Below, one piece after another: positions 53,501-61,313 of a stretch of 61,313 nucleotides of DNA; the stretch's first letter is position 1; each line of letters begins with the position of its first letter. Source of the stretch: a virus (lineage: Duplodnaviria > Caudoviricetes); IMG/VR virus record IMGVR_UViG_3300024431_000003, positions 1 through 61,313 of that record. One strand, given 5' to 3'. The notes under the pieces are model-generated. The model did not search any database and was not told the DNA's origin. It saw only the letters and a program-made list of their open reading frames with translations. Position numbers and translations under genes: made by a program.

Positions 53501-55915
53501 ATGGCGATCAAGATTACAGATCTAGGACCTGCGACACTTCCGCTCGGGGGGACTGAACAACTTGAAATCGTCCAGGACGGTGATAGTAGAAGAGTATCGG
53601 CTGACGATCTAGCATCATCAGCAGCCGGATTGGACGCAACGTTCGTCACGGTAACTGCGAACCCGAATCTACCGAACGAGCGGATACTGACTGCTGGGAC
53701 TAACGTCAGCATCGTTGATGATGGACCCGGATTGCCCATCACGATCAGTGTATCTATCCCAGATCAGAATCCGTTCGCTACTCCACTCGGCGTCTTGGGT
53801 GATATCAATACGGCGACTCCTCCGGTAGCTGAAGCGATCACGGCTCTGTTGGAGTTACGTGATCTCGCAGACGTCAACATCATCGGCTCGCTTGGTTACA
53901 ACGGCGACAATCATCTTGTGATGCAGAATGAAATGCGCGGCGGAGACATACGATTACAGATGCGGGATGCAAGTGGAAACCAATTCTTTGCGTTCATATC
54001 TGATCCGGACGGTGCGTTCAACCTTCGCCATGGAGCTACCGATCAGACTTGCATCATCTCAGTCGGCACTGCTCTGGGAGGAATCTTTGTCCCGAATGCT
54101 GTCACGGGTTCAGGTCTTAATGGAAGAGTCAGAACTCCCCCTGATCATGCTGCTGTTGAAATAGAATGGGAGTTTGATACTAGCACAGATATGGGAACTG
54201 CTCCAGACCTGCAAGACCTCAGGATGAACAACGTCAATCCTGCGTCGGTGACAGAGATTGCCGTCAATCAAAGTGATGTGGCTGGACAGGTCTTCGATTT
54301 ATTCTGGGGTGCGGAATTAGTATCTGGCGATAAGATATTCATCATTCAACCGAACAGCCAGGACAACTGGATACAACTTGAATTGACTGGTGTCCCGGTT
54401 GATCAAGGAGTGTATTGGACTATCCCAGTAAGCGTGATATCCAACGGAACTATCTTTGACAGCGGAAGATTGTGTCGTGCGTATTTCTCTCTCGTCAGTC
54501 TTGGACAAGGTGGTGGTGGCGTCGCAGATCCACTGATCATCGGTTCGATCAACTTGACCAGTGCGTTATCTGTATCGAGTACCGGATCTCCGTACGACAA
54601 CGTTCCGCTTAACATAGGTGCAAATCTGACCGGCACGATGCCGATGACGCAGATGTCTCGTCAGAACATTCAAACGAAGCCTAGTGCATTCGGCTTCAAT
54701 GCTACGCTGTTCATCAACATCAATGGTTCCGGTACAAGTGGATCCGATACGATCATCGGCGGTTTGAACAGTGCGCAACTTGAAGTTGCGTTCGGCGTCG
54801 CGGTCAGGATGCAGCATGGTCTTTCGTCTGCGGTCGTAGCTGAAACTAACTCGCCATCAGCGGGAGGCTTCTTGGTCAACAATACATTGACCGGAGGTGG
54901 ACTGGAGCGTGTTCTGACCATAGGTGATCTCGGTGGTGGTGGTGGCGACGTATCCAAAGTCGGTACTCCGGTCAATGATCAACTCGGTGTTTGGACTGGT
55001 GACGGTACACTTGAAGGTGATCCTGATCTTACTTGGGATGGGAACTGGCTCGTACTGACTAATTTTCCCAGCGGAGTTCGGATAGAAGACGGTGGAGCGC
55101 TGAGGCTACTCGCTGACGGAGCTCCAGACAACGCTTCGTTTCAGGTGGACATCAACAGCGACCTCGTCACTACCTTTTCGGCAGGAGTGACGGTGTGGCT
55201 GATCTCTGGTGGCCGCGATATACGAATAGGTGATTCCACTTTCGCTGATTACTTTCAAATGCAGCACGATGGAACCTTTATAAACTTCAGCGCTATCAAC
55301 ACGACTGGCCTGAAGATCAACGATATTCCTTTGTACCTGGAAGAACGAACTGCCGTGGCAGCAGACGCGACTAACTACGGTCAACTCTGGGTGAGAGATG
55401 ATGCCTTTGACCAGAGCTTAAGATTCCGAACTGCGAGTGGACTTGATTTTTCTATTGCTGCCATCAACGAGTCAGATGTAAATGACAATACGATTCTTGT
55501 TGCGGGAGTTAGCTTTGTTGAAATCCTAGTCTCTCAACCGAAACAAAATCAGAAGTATGTCTATCAAGCTTCGCTTCAGGTTAGCTCACCAGCAGCAGAT
55601 GACATTGCTATAGAGATGGTCATTGACACACTCGCTACTTTCAGTGGAATGGTATCTTGGACGGGTGGTGGAGGCTCAGGTCAAGAGCGGCTTCACTCAG
55701 CCATAGGTGAGGTCATAACGAATATCGTTAACATCTCCACCGATGGATCAGTTAGTCCTGATGGAACATTCATCACCATCGTTGGCTGCTTGATCAATGG
55801 TAATCAGTCAACCACTACAATGTCTGTTCGGGTAGCGAAGCAGTTAGACACCGGAGCAGATGCTTTCGTGTATCTAGGCTCCGGGCATTCGTGGAGAGCA
55901 GTGCAGTCATTTTAA
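53501..55915 (+). CDS. Tail fibre/receptor-binding protein
   Basis: KITDL..LGGTE N-terminus, Gly linkers and beta-rich modules. Confidence 0.7.
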   Translation: MAIKITDLGPATLPLGGTEQLEIVQDGDSRRVSADDLASSAAGLDATFVTVTANPNLPNERILTAGTNVSIVDDGPGLPITISVSIPDQNPFATPLGVLGDINTATPPVAEAITALLELRDLADVNIIGSLGYNGDNHLVMQNEMRGGDIRLQMRDASGNQFFAFISDPDGAFNLRHGATDQTCIISVGTALGGIFVPNAVTGSGLNGRVRTPPDHAAVEIEWEFDTSTDMGTAPDLQDLRMNNVNPASVTEIAVNQSDVAGQVFDLFWGAELVSGDKIFIIQPNSQDNWIQLELTGVPVDQGVYWTIPVSVISNGTIFDSGRLCRAYFSLVSLGQGGGGVADPLIIGSINLTSALSVSSTGSPYDNVPLNIGANLTGTMPMTQMSRQNIQTKPSAFGFNATLFININGSGTSGSDTIIGGLNSAQLEVAFGVAVRMQHGLSSAVVAETNSPSAGGFLVNNTLTGGGLERVLTIGDLGGGGGDVSKVGTPVNDQLGVWTGDGTLEGDPDLTWDGNWLVLTNFPSGVRIEDGGALRLLADGAPDNASFQVDINSDLVTTFSAGVTVWLISGGRDIRIGDSTFADYFQMQHDGTFINFSAINTTGLKINDIPLYLEERTAVAADATNYGQLWVRDDAFDQSLRFRTASGLDFSIAAINESDVNDNTILVAGVSFVEILVSQPKQNQKYVYQASLQVSSPAADDIAIEMVIDTLATFSGMVSWTGGGGSGQERLHSAIGEVITNIVNISTDGSVSPDGTFITIVGCLINGNQSTTTMSVRVAKQLDTGADAFVYLGSGHSWRAVQSF

Positions 55916-55946
55916 CGGCGAAAGCCTTAACCAAGAGGAAGTAGAA

Positions 55947-56216
55947 ATGAACGGACAACAGAAAATGAATCTTGAACTACCGCAGATTTTACAAGCGGCA
56001 CGAGCAGGTCTCACCCTGTTGAACACTCCTGGAGCGGTCAGCGTTCCAAGTCAGATGGCTATCACTGGTGATGTTCAGATATTGAATGCGCTACTCACGG
56101 CAATCGTTCAGCAGCAAGTCATGGTCGTCAACGCTCCACCACTTCCGGTCCAGCCGGAAGATGCCGGTGATGATGAACTGAAGCCTGAGCTGAAGGCAGT
56201 CGGCGAAGAGGAATAA
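55947..56216 (+). CDS. Hypothetical protein (possible fibre chaperone)
   Basis: Follows the fibre gene; GAGG RBS. Confidence 0.5.
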   Translation: MNGQQKMNLELPQILQAARAGLTLLNTPGAVSVPSQMAITGDVQILNALLTAIVQQQVMVVNAPPLPVQPEDAGDDELKPELKAVGEEE

Positions 56217-56220
56217 GGAA

Positions 56221-56580
56221 ATGGCAACAGTGAAAGAGCGCGGGATTCGCATTGGGATCAATCAGATCGTGACTTATGCGACGCTCGTTCCTATCTTCTG
56301 GTTCGTCGTTCAGCCTGTCTTGGTGAATGCTCTGGCGGAAGAGATGCAGGGTACGATCAAGCAGACTGTCGCAGCCGAGGTCGCTCCGATTAGCCTTGCG
56401 TTCGTCGCTCTTTTGCAACGGGACATCAACGCCACGAAGAAAGATATTGCGGCGTTGAAGTTCCGTGAACGTCAGGCAGTAGATTGGACAGCCGAGGATG
56501 CTGCGTACTTAGTAGATCTGGACATTCAGTTGGATGCGTTGGAAGAAGCGAAGGCAGCACTACAGGCGAACACGACGTGA
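56221..56580 (+). CDS. Membrane-anchored coiled-coil protein (lysis module)
   Basis: One N-terminal TM helix followed by a coiled coil. Confidence 0.5.
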   Translation: MATVKERGIRIGINQIVTYATLVPIFWFVVQPVLVNALAEEMQGTIKQTVAAEVAPISLAFVALLQRDINATKKDIAALKFRERQAVDWTAEDAAYLVDLDIQLDALEEAKAALQANTT

Positions 56581-57068
56581 TGCTGATCACACTTGAAAGA
56601 CATTCTTATGGACCGAAGGCTACTGAGGGCTATCTTATGGTCGGCGATCATCGTCTGGCTACTATTGAACGTCCTTGGATTGCTCATGATTCTCCAGGTG
56701 GTATGCCTTTCAAATCCTGCATCCCAGACGGAGAGTATCTGCTCCAGCCGTTCACTCGGTCTCGTGGATCTAAAGTCTATCGTCTCTTCGGAAAGGAGTA
56801 CGGAGTCTATCACAACGAGTCCAGGATGCTTCTTGAAAAGGGAGGTCGGTACGCTATTCTCATTCACATAGGAAATTGGGTCACGGACATAGTGGGATGC
56901 ATCGCGCCTGGAATGCGTCATGCGATAATGAGGAACCCGAAGACTGATCGTCAAGAGCGAGCGGTCTCAAGCAGTGGTGAAGCAATGCGTATCATCACTG
57001 GACAGCTAGGTGATGAAGAACATAACCTATCTATTCGTTCTAAGTGTGGTACAGGAGAAGCAAGATGA
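56580..57068 (+). CDS. DUF5675-like (L,D-transpeptidase fold) putative endolysin
   Basis: TIERPW..SCIPDGEY..ILIHIGN..GCIAPG. Confidence 0.75.
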   Translation: MLITLERHSYGPKATEGYLMVGDHRLATIERPWIAHDSPGGMPFKSCIPDGEYLLQPFTRSRGSKVYRLFGKEYGVYHNESRMLLEKGGRYAILIHIGNWVTDIVGCIAPGMRHAIMRNPKTDRQERAVSSSGEAMRIITGQLGDEEHNLSIRSKCGTGEAR

Positions 57069-57301
57069 ATACGAATACACTCGTAGGAGCTTTAATCGCG
57101 GCATTGATTCTGTTCGGATCAACCGTCGTGACGTTGTTTGCCAGCAATCCAGAACTGACGTTCGCCGATCTAACGACAGCGACGTGGGTGTCGATCCTCG
57201 GTGGTGCGGCAGTAGCGTTCTTCAAAGACTATCAGGCGATATCCACCCGACGTCTGGTAAACAAAGTCACAGGATCGGGTGATGGAGGAGGTACGTTATG
57301 A
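57065..57301 (+). CDS. Putative holin
   Basis: 78 aa with two TM helices, next to the endolysin. Confidence 0.6.
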   Translation: MNTNTLVGALIAALILFGSTVVTLFASNPELTFADLTTATWVSILGGAAVAFFKDYQAISTRRLVNKVTGSGDGGGTL

Positions 57302-57720
57302 AGTATCTAGTACAGACGCGTCAGCTCTTCGCGTTCTATTGTCTGCTCTTACTGATCGGGCTGGAAGGATGTGCTGCATCTAACCCGCTCGCTCAGGCAG
57401 AGACGGTCGAACAGAAGGCGTATGCCGCGTATGGATCATTCGTAATCGCCGAGGAGCAAGCTGCGAAGCTGGTCTCCAGTGGTCAACTGACTAACAGTCA
57501 GAAGATCAGTATCGGTAGAGCGGATCAACGAGCGAAGGCAGTCGTAGATGATTTGATTGCGGCAGTCCTGGAGTTCGAAACGATCAAGGATGAATACAAG
57601 AGGTTCGGTACTGGTGAACAACGATACATCAACGCTATGAACAACCTCAACAACTGGACTGAACGACTTGTCCCGCTCATCAACAACTTACTAGCGTCAA
57701 CTCGAGGAGCTGAACAATGA
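57298..57720 (+). CDS. Lipoprotein (spanin-like)
   Basis: Hydrophobic signal with an LEGC lipobox. Confidence 0.6.
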   Translation: MKYLVQTRQLFAFYCLLLLIGLEGCAASNPLAQAETVEQKAYAAYGSFVIAEEQAAKLVSSGQLTNSQKISIGRADQRAKAVVDDLIAAVLEFETIKDEYKRFGTGEQRYINAMNNLNNWTERLVPLINNLLASTRGAEQ

Positions 57721-58121
57721 ATCCAATCCAACTAATCTTGATCGCACTGCGCGGTCTGTCAGTGCTGACTAGCAGTCCAGCACTCGGCGGAGGTTCAAGC
57801 GTCAAGCTTCAGGAGACATCTAAGCTCCTAGCCTTCCTTGGCGAGTTACTTGAACGCGGCGATGAAGCTCACACCGAACTGACTGAGTTCGCAGAGTCCA
57901 TCAAACGAATGGCCGACGAGAACAGAGCTCCGACTCCATCAGAGTGGGAAGCTATGGAAGCTCGGAGTAACGCAGCCCATGACATCATTCAGGGAGCTAT
58001 GCGTGAAGCTGAAGCTGAAGAGGCTGCGAGTGAGCCGGAGCCGGAGCCGACGCCTGAGCCTGAGTCCCGACGAGGACTTGAGCCGACGTCAGAACCTGAG
58101 CCGGATCCGAACGAAGCATAA
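57717..58121 (+). CDS. Hypothetical protein with a PE-rich tail (possible spanin partner)
   Basis: Hydrophobic N-terminus and EPEP repeats. Confidence 0.5.
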   Translation: MNPIQLILIALRGLSVLTSSPALGGGSSVKLQETSKLLAFLGELLERGDEAHTELTEFAESIKRMADENRAPTPSEWEAMEARSNAAHDIIQGAMREAEAEEAASEPEPEPTPEPESRRGLEPTSEPEPDPNEA

Positions 58122-58133
58122 GGAGCTAGACCG

Positions 58134-58778
58134 ATGCCTACTGCAATGACATTCAATTCTCTTCAGGATGACCTGAGGGACTACCTTGAGCGCGGATCTT
58201 CCGTTGACCCGACAGTGTTTGATCAGCTCCCCCGTTTGATCAACCTCGGGGAACGTGACCTCGCTCGTGCGCTGAAGATACAGGGTTTCATCAACGTCGT
58301 GTCTAGCACGATGGCGATAGGAACTTCTGTCTATCAGAAGCCAGATCGTTGGAGAGATACAGTAAGCATCAACTTCGGCGTGGGAGCGACGGAGATTCGT
58401 ACTCCGTTGTTCCCGCGTTCTTACGAGTACTGTCGGCTATACCATCCTGACGAGGACTTAACTTCGCAGCCGAAGTTCTACGCGGACTACGATTACTTCA
58501 ATTATCTGTTCAGTCCGACGCCGGATGCAGCATATCCATTTGAACTGCTGTACTACGAGCTTCCGCCGCTTCTTGACAACACGAACCAGACGAACTGGTC
58601 GACAGACTATGCGCCGAACGCACTGCTCCACGCTTGTCTGCTCCAGGCAACAAGATTCTTGAAGAACGATGAGCGAGTTCCATTGTGGCAATCAACGTAT
58701 GACCGCGACTTGGGATTACTCAATGGTGAAGACTTACAGAAGATCATAGATAGGTCTTCCACTAGGAAGGAGGCATAG
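58134..58778 (+). CDS. Tail tubular protein A/adaptor-like protein
   Basis: LRDYLER, PKFYA, SPTPDAAY.ELLYY and TNW...APNALL. Confidence 0.7.
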   Translation: MPTAMTFNSLQDDLRDYLERGSSVDPTVFDQLPRLINLGERDLARALKIQGFINVVSSTMAIGTSVYQKPDRWRDTVSINFGVGATEIRTPLFPRSYEYCRLYHPDEDLTSQPKFYADYDYFNYLFSPTPDAAYPFELLYYELPPLLDNTNQTNWSTDYAPNALLHACLLQATRFLKNDERVPLWQSTYDRDLGLLNGEDLQKIIDRSSTRKEA

Positions 58779-58779
58779 C

Positions 58780-60942
58780 ATGACATATTCAGAAGTCTTT
58801 GGCGGAGGAACTATCAATCCCGCACAGAGGACGTATCTATCACTCGTCACTGCTGTTGACGTCACGCTTAACTGGCCGACTAATACAGTCGCGACGGATG
58901 ACGTAGCAGCAGACATCATTGATGTCGATGCGACGCAGCCTGGAGTAGACATATCTCTAAGCGATGCGCGACAGGTATCCAACGGATTCACTTCGTTGTT
59001 TGTCAACGTCGGTTCGCAAGAGTTCCAGGTTCTGGATGCGCTCGGTGCGACTATTGTTAGTCCGGCGATTGGAACTGCATGGTTCATCTACCTGACTGAC
59101 AACACTACAGAAGATGGAACGTGGGCGACCTTCCAACTCGGCGCGACGGTATCTGTTGCAGATGCAGCAGCCCTCGCGGGAGCGGGTATCAAAGCGATTA
59201 CGACTTCGCTTAATCAATCCATCCCTCCCACGTTGACATCGGTCACGCCGATCAATTGGGCAGATGCGAATCGTGCGCTGTTCACCGTCTGGACTGGCGG
59301 AGTCGGTGTACTCAATCTTCCTACTGTCGCGTCTGTCGGTAGTGATTGGTTCGGTCTTGTGCGCAACGAGGGTTCAGGTATCCTCACGGTCACTCCTGCC
59401 GCCGGAACGATAGATGGCGCAGCAACGCTCGTGATGAACCCTGGAGATTCGGTCTTCGTTGTCACTGATGGGTTTGACTGGTTCACCATTGGGCTCGGTG
59501 GAAGTACGACCGTCGGCTTTGACTATGTTTCCATTGACATCTCTGGATCCGGCGACTTCATTCTATCTGGCGTTCAACTCAATCGTATCTCATATAACTT
59601 CGTTGGAGCTTTGACCGGCAACCGAAAGGTCGTAGTTCCAAATACGATTCAACAGTATTGGATGGACAACAGTACGACTGGAGCATTCACACTTGAGATT
59701 GCAACAGCGGCTCAAGTCACTCCTGTCCAGATTACGCAGAACAACAGGTCTATCTTCTACTGCGATGGAACAGATGTGGTTGATGCCGAGACAGGTACGT
59801 TCACTCCTCCCATCAGCATCGGTCAAGGTGGTACATCTGCAACGAACGCATCTGATGCGATGGACAACCTCGGTGTCGGTCGTGATGTTCTTACTCCCGC
59901 ACTCGGCGGTCTAGCTGGAGGCGGAGACTTAGGATCTGATCTTAGTCTGGTGTTGGACACTGACAATCTCACGGTTGAGTTGACGATAGATCTAGCGGCG
60001 GATACGATTGCATTCTTTGATGATGATGCTGCTGCCATGCGCAAGACTCCGCTATCTAACATTGCCGCGCTCACCATTGAGGAAGAAGGAGTTCCGCTGG
60101 CAACACTGGCGAACACCCTTGACTTCGTAGGTGGCATCGTCACTGCGTCTGGAGCCGGAGCAACGAAGACCATCTCTATTCCAATTCCTGCAGGATCAAC
60201 GATCAGTCATCTTCTGCGCGCTGATGGTGCGGGAGGATGGATAGATGCTGGAGCAGCGGCTCTGCTTGATGGAGGCGGAAACTTAACACTCGGCGGTGAT
60301 CTTGCGATCAATGCAGGAGCGAACGGTATCCTCATCGGTGCGTCTGGCAATATAGGAGCCATCGTCGAGGGTGCTGGCACGATTACTCACATTCGCACTG
60401 ACGTCGCGTGGAGGTTTGAAGAGCCTGTCTTCTTACAGGAGCGTGGTTCATTCGATGCTTCTGTTCCTGGATTTGGTCAGTTCTTTGTTGACAACAACGT
60501 GCAGCAAGATCTCTACTTCGTGGATGACACTGGTCTTCAGAGGCCGATCATCTCTCCAGTCTTGACGTTCACGCTTAACTGGTCTGTAGGCTTTTCTGAT
60601 TCTAATATCAATACTTACAGTTACATTCGCATCGGCGACCTTGTCTGCTTCTGGTTGGTCACTTCGAACTTGGGTAACTCTAACGCTAACTCCTGCGGAA
60701 CGAGCGATGGTATTCCTTCGTTGATCCGACCTGACTCTATTAGATATTGTCAGGGTCCGATTGTTGATAATGCTTCATCGATAGTCATGGCACAGATAGT
60801 AATCAACCCAGACGGAACGCTTGACGCCTTCGCTCCTGACCTTGCTGGTTCTGATCCGCCAGACTACGGAAACGACTGGACGACGTCTGGAGTCAAGGGT
60901 CCGGTCGCCGGACAGACATTCGTGTACAGCATAACGGATTAA
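58780..60942 (+). CDS. Tail fibre/tail protein
   Basis: ISIGQGGTSATNASDAMDNLG and a C-terminal YIRIGDLV gp53-like tip. Confidence 0.7.
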   Translation: MTYSEVFGGGTINPAQRTYLSLVTAVDVTLNWPTNTVATDDVAADIIDVDATQPGVDISLSDARQVSNGFTSLFVNVGSQEFQVLDALGATIVSPAIGTAWFIYLTDNTTEDGTWATFQLGATVSVADAAALAGAGIKAITTSLNQSIPPTLTSVTPINWADANRALFTVWTGGVGVLNLPTVASVGSDWFGLVRNEGSGILTVTPAAGTIDGAATLVMNPGDSVFVVTDGFDWFTIGLGGSTTVGFDYVSIDISGSGDFILSGVQLNRISYNFVGALTGNRKVVVPNTIQQYWMDNSTTGAFTLEIATAAQVTPVQITQNNRSIFYCDGTDVVDAETGTFTPPISIGQGGTSATNASDAMDNLGVGRDVLTPALGGLAGGGDLGSDLSLVLDTDNLTVELTIDLAADTIAFFDDDAAAMRKTPLSNIAALTIEEEGVPLATLANTLDFVGGIVTASGAGATKTISIPIPAGSTISHLLRADGAGGWIDAGAAALLDGGGNLTLGGDLAINAGANGILIGASGNIGAIVEGAGTITHIRTDVAWRFEEPVFLQERGSFDASVPGFGQFFVDNNVQQDLYFVDDTGLQRPIISPVLTFTLNWSVGFSDSNINTYSYIRIGDLVCFWLVTSNLGNSNANSCGTSDGIPSLIRPDSIRYCQGPIVDNASSIVMAQIVINPDGTLDAFAPDLAGSDPPDYGNDWTTSGVKGPVAGQTFVYSITD

Positions 60943-60944
60943 TC

Positions 60945-61313
60945 ATGCCTGAACTTCCAATCAAAATAAGATCGATGCCCGGTATCAAGCGGGACGGGAC
61001 AGTTCTTGAAGGTGAGAACTACATTGACGGTCAGTGGTGTCGGTTTCAGCGTGGACGTCCGCGGAAGATAGGTGGATACCAGTCTATCAGCAGCACTGTT
61101 CCAGAACTTGCGCGAGGCATGACAAGCTTCAGCGCGAACGGTCAGCGATACCTTCATATCGGTGGTAAGAGTCAGATCAACCAGTACATCATCAGCAGCA
61201 ATGGAACACTCGCTGGTCAGAATGACAGAACTCCGGCTGGATTCACATCAGAGCTAGATCATCTGTGGCAGTTTGATCACTTCTTTGATGCACTCGCTGT
61301 CGTAACAGATGAC
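60945..61313 (+). CDS. 5' part of tail tubular/nozzle protein (continues at 1..1313)
   Basis: MPELPIKIRSMPGIKRDGT..WCRFQRGRPRKIGGY; open to the end of the window. Confidence 0.75.
   Translation, partial: MPELPIKIRSMPGIKRDGTVLEGENYIDGQWCRFQRGRPRKIGGYQSISSTVPELARGMTSFSANGQRYLHIGGKSQINQYIISSNGTLAGQNDRTPAGFTSELDHLWQFDHFFDALAVVTDD
61186..61311. repeat. Terminal direct repeat, copy 2
   Basis: Identical to 1-126. Confidence 0.95.

Overview
The window is an apparently complete, circularly permuted dsDNA tailed-phage genome of about 61.2 kb. The first 126 nt recur at 61186-61311, and one tail gene reads in frame across the join. The + strand arm (about 36.7 kb, through the join, to 12.5 kb) carries TerS, TerL, an ADP-ribosyltransferase, portal, a GroES-like protein, scaffold, major capsid, tail and fibre genes, lysis genes and large internal-virion/ejection proteins. 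The layout is podovirus-like; I recognised no tape measure or major tail tube gene. The - strand arm (about 36.2 to 12.8 kb) carries primase-helicase, a HAD/cupin/sulfotransferase block, many small early genes, PolA, a Cas4-like nuclease, VRR-NUC, an SNF2 helicase and a thymine-hypermodification cluster (Nmad2, P-loop kinase, 5-hmdU kinase helical domain, dUMP hydroxymethylase-like TS, Nmad1). I saw no integrase, repressor, tRNA or CRISPR array, so the phage is probably lytic. The main observations are: (i) a 104-aa protein with a Tat signal whose mature part is a shuffled, condensed mosaic of four major-capsid segments; (ii) a hydrophobic-x-x-G-G-x-hydrophobic motif repeated about 25 times across otherwise unrelated virion-arm proteins, including the extreme C-terminus of the ADP-ribosyltransferase; (iii) a 5hmU-kinase pathway with no recognisable amino-acid:DNA transferase, alongside many Lys-rich histone-like tails; (iv) several structured intergenic elements. 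All family calls come from motif recognition by eye; no database searches were run.
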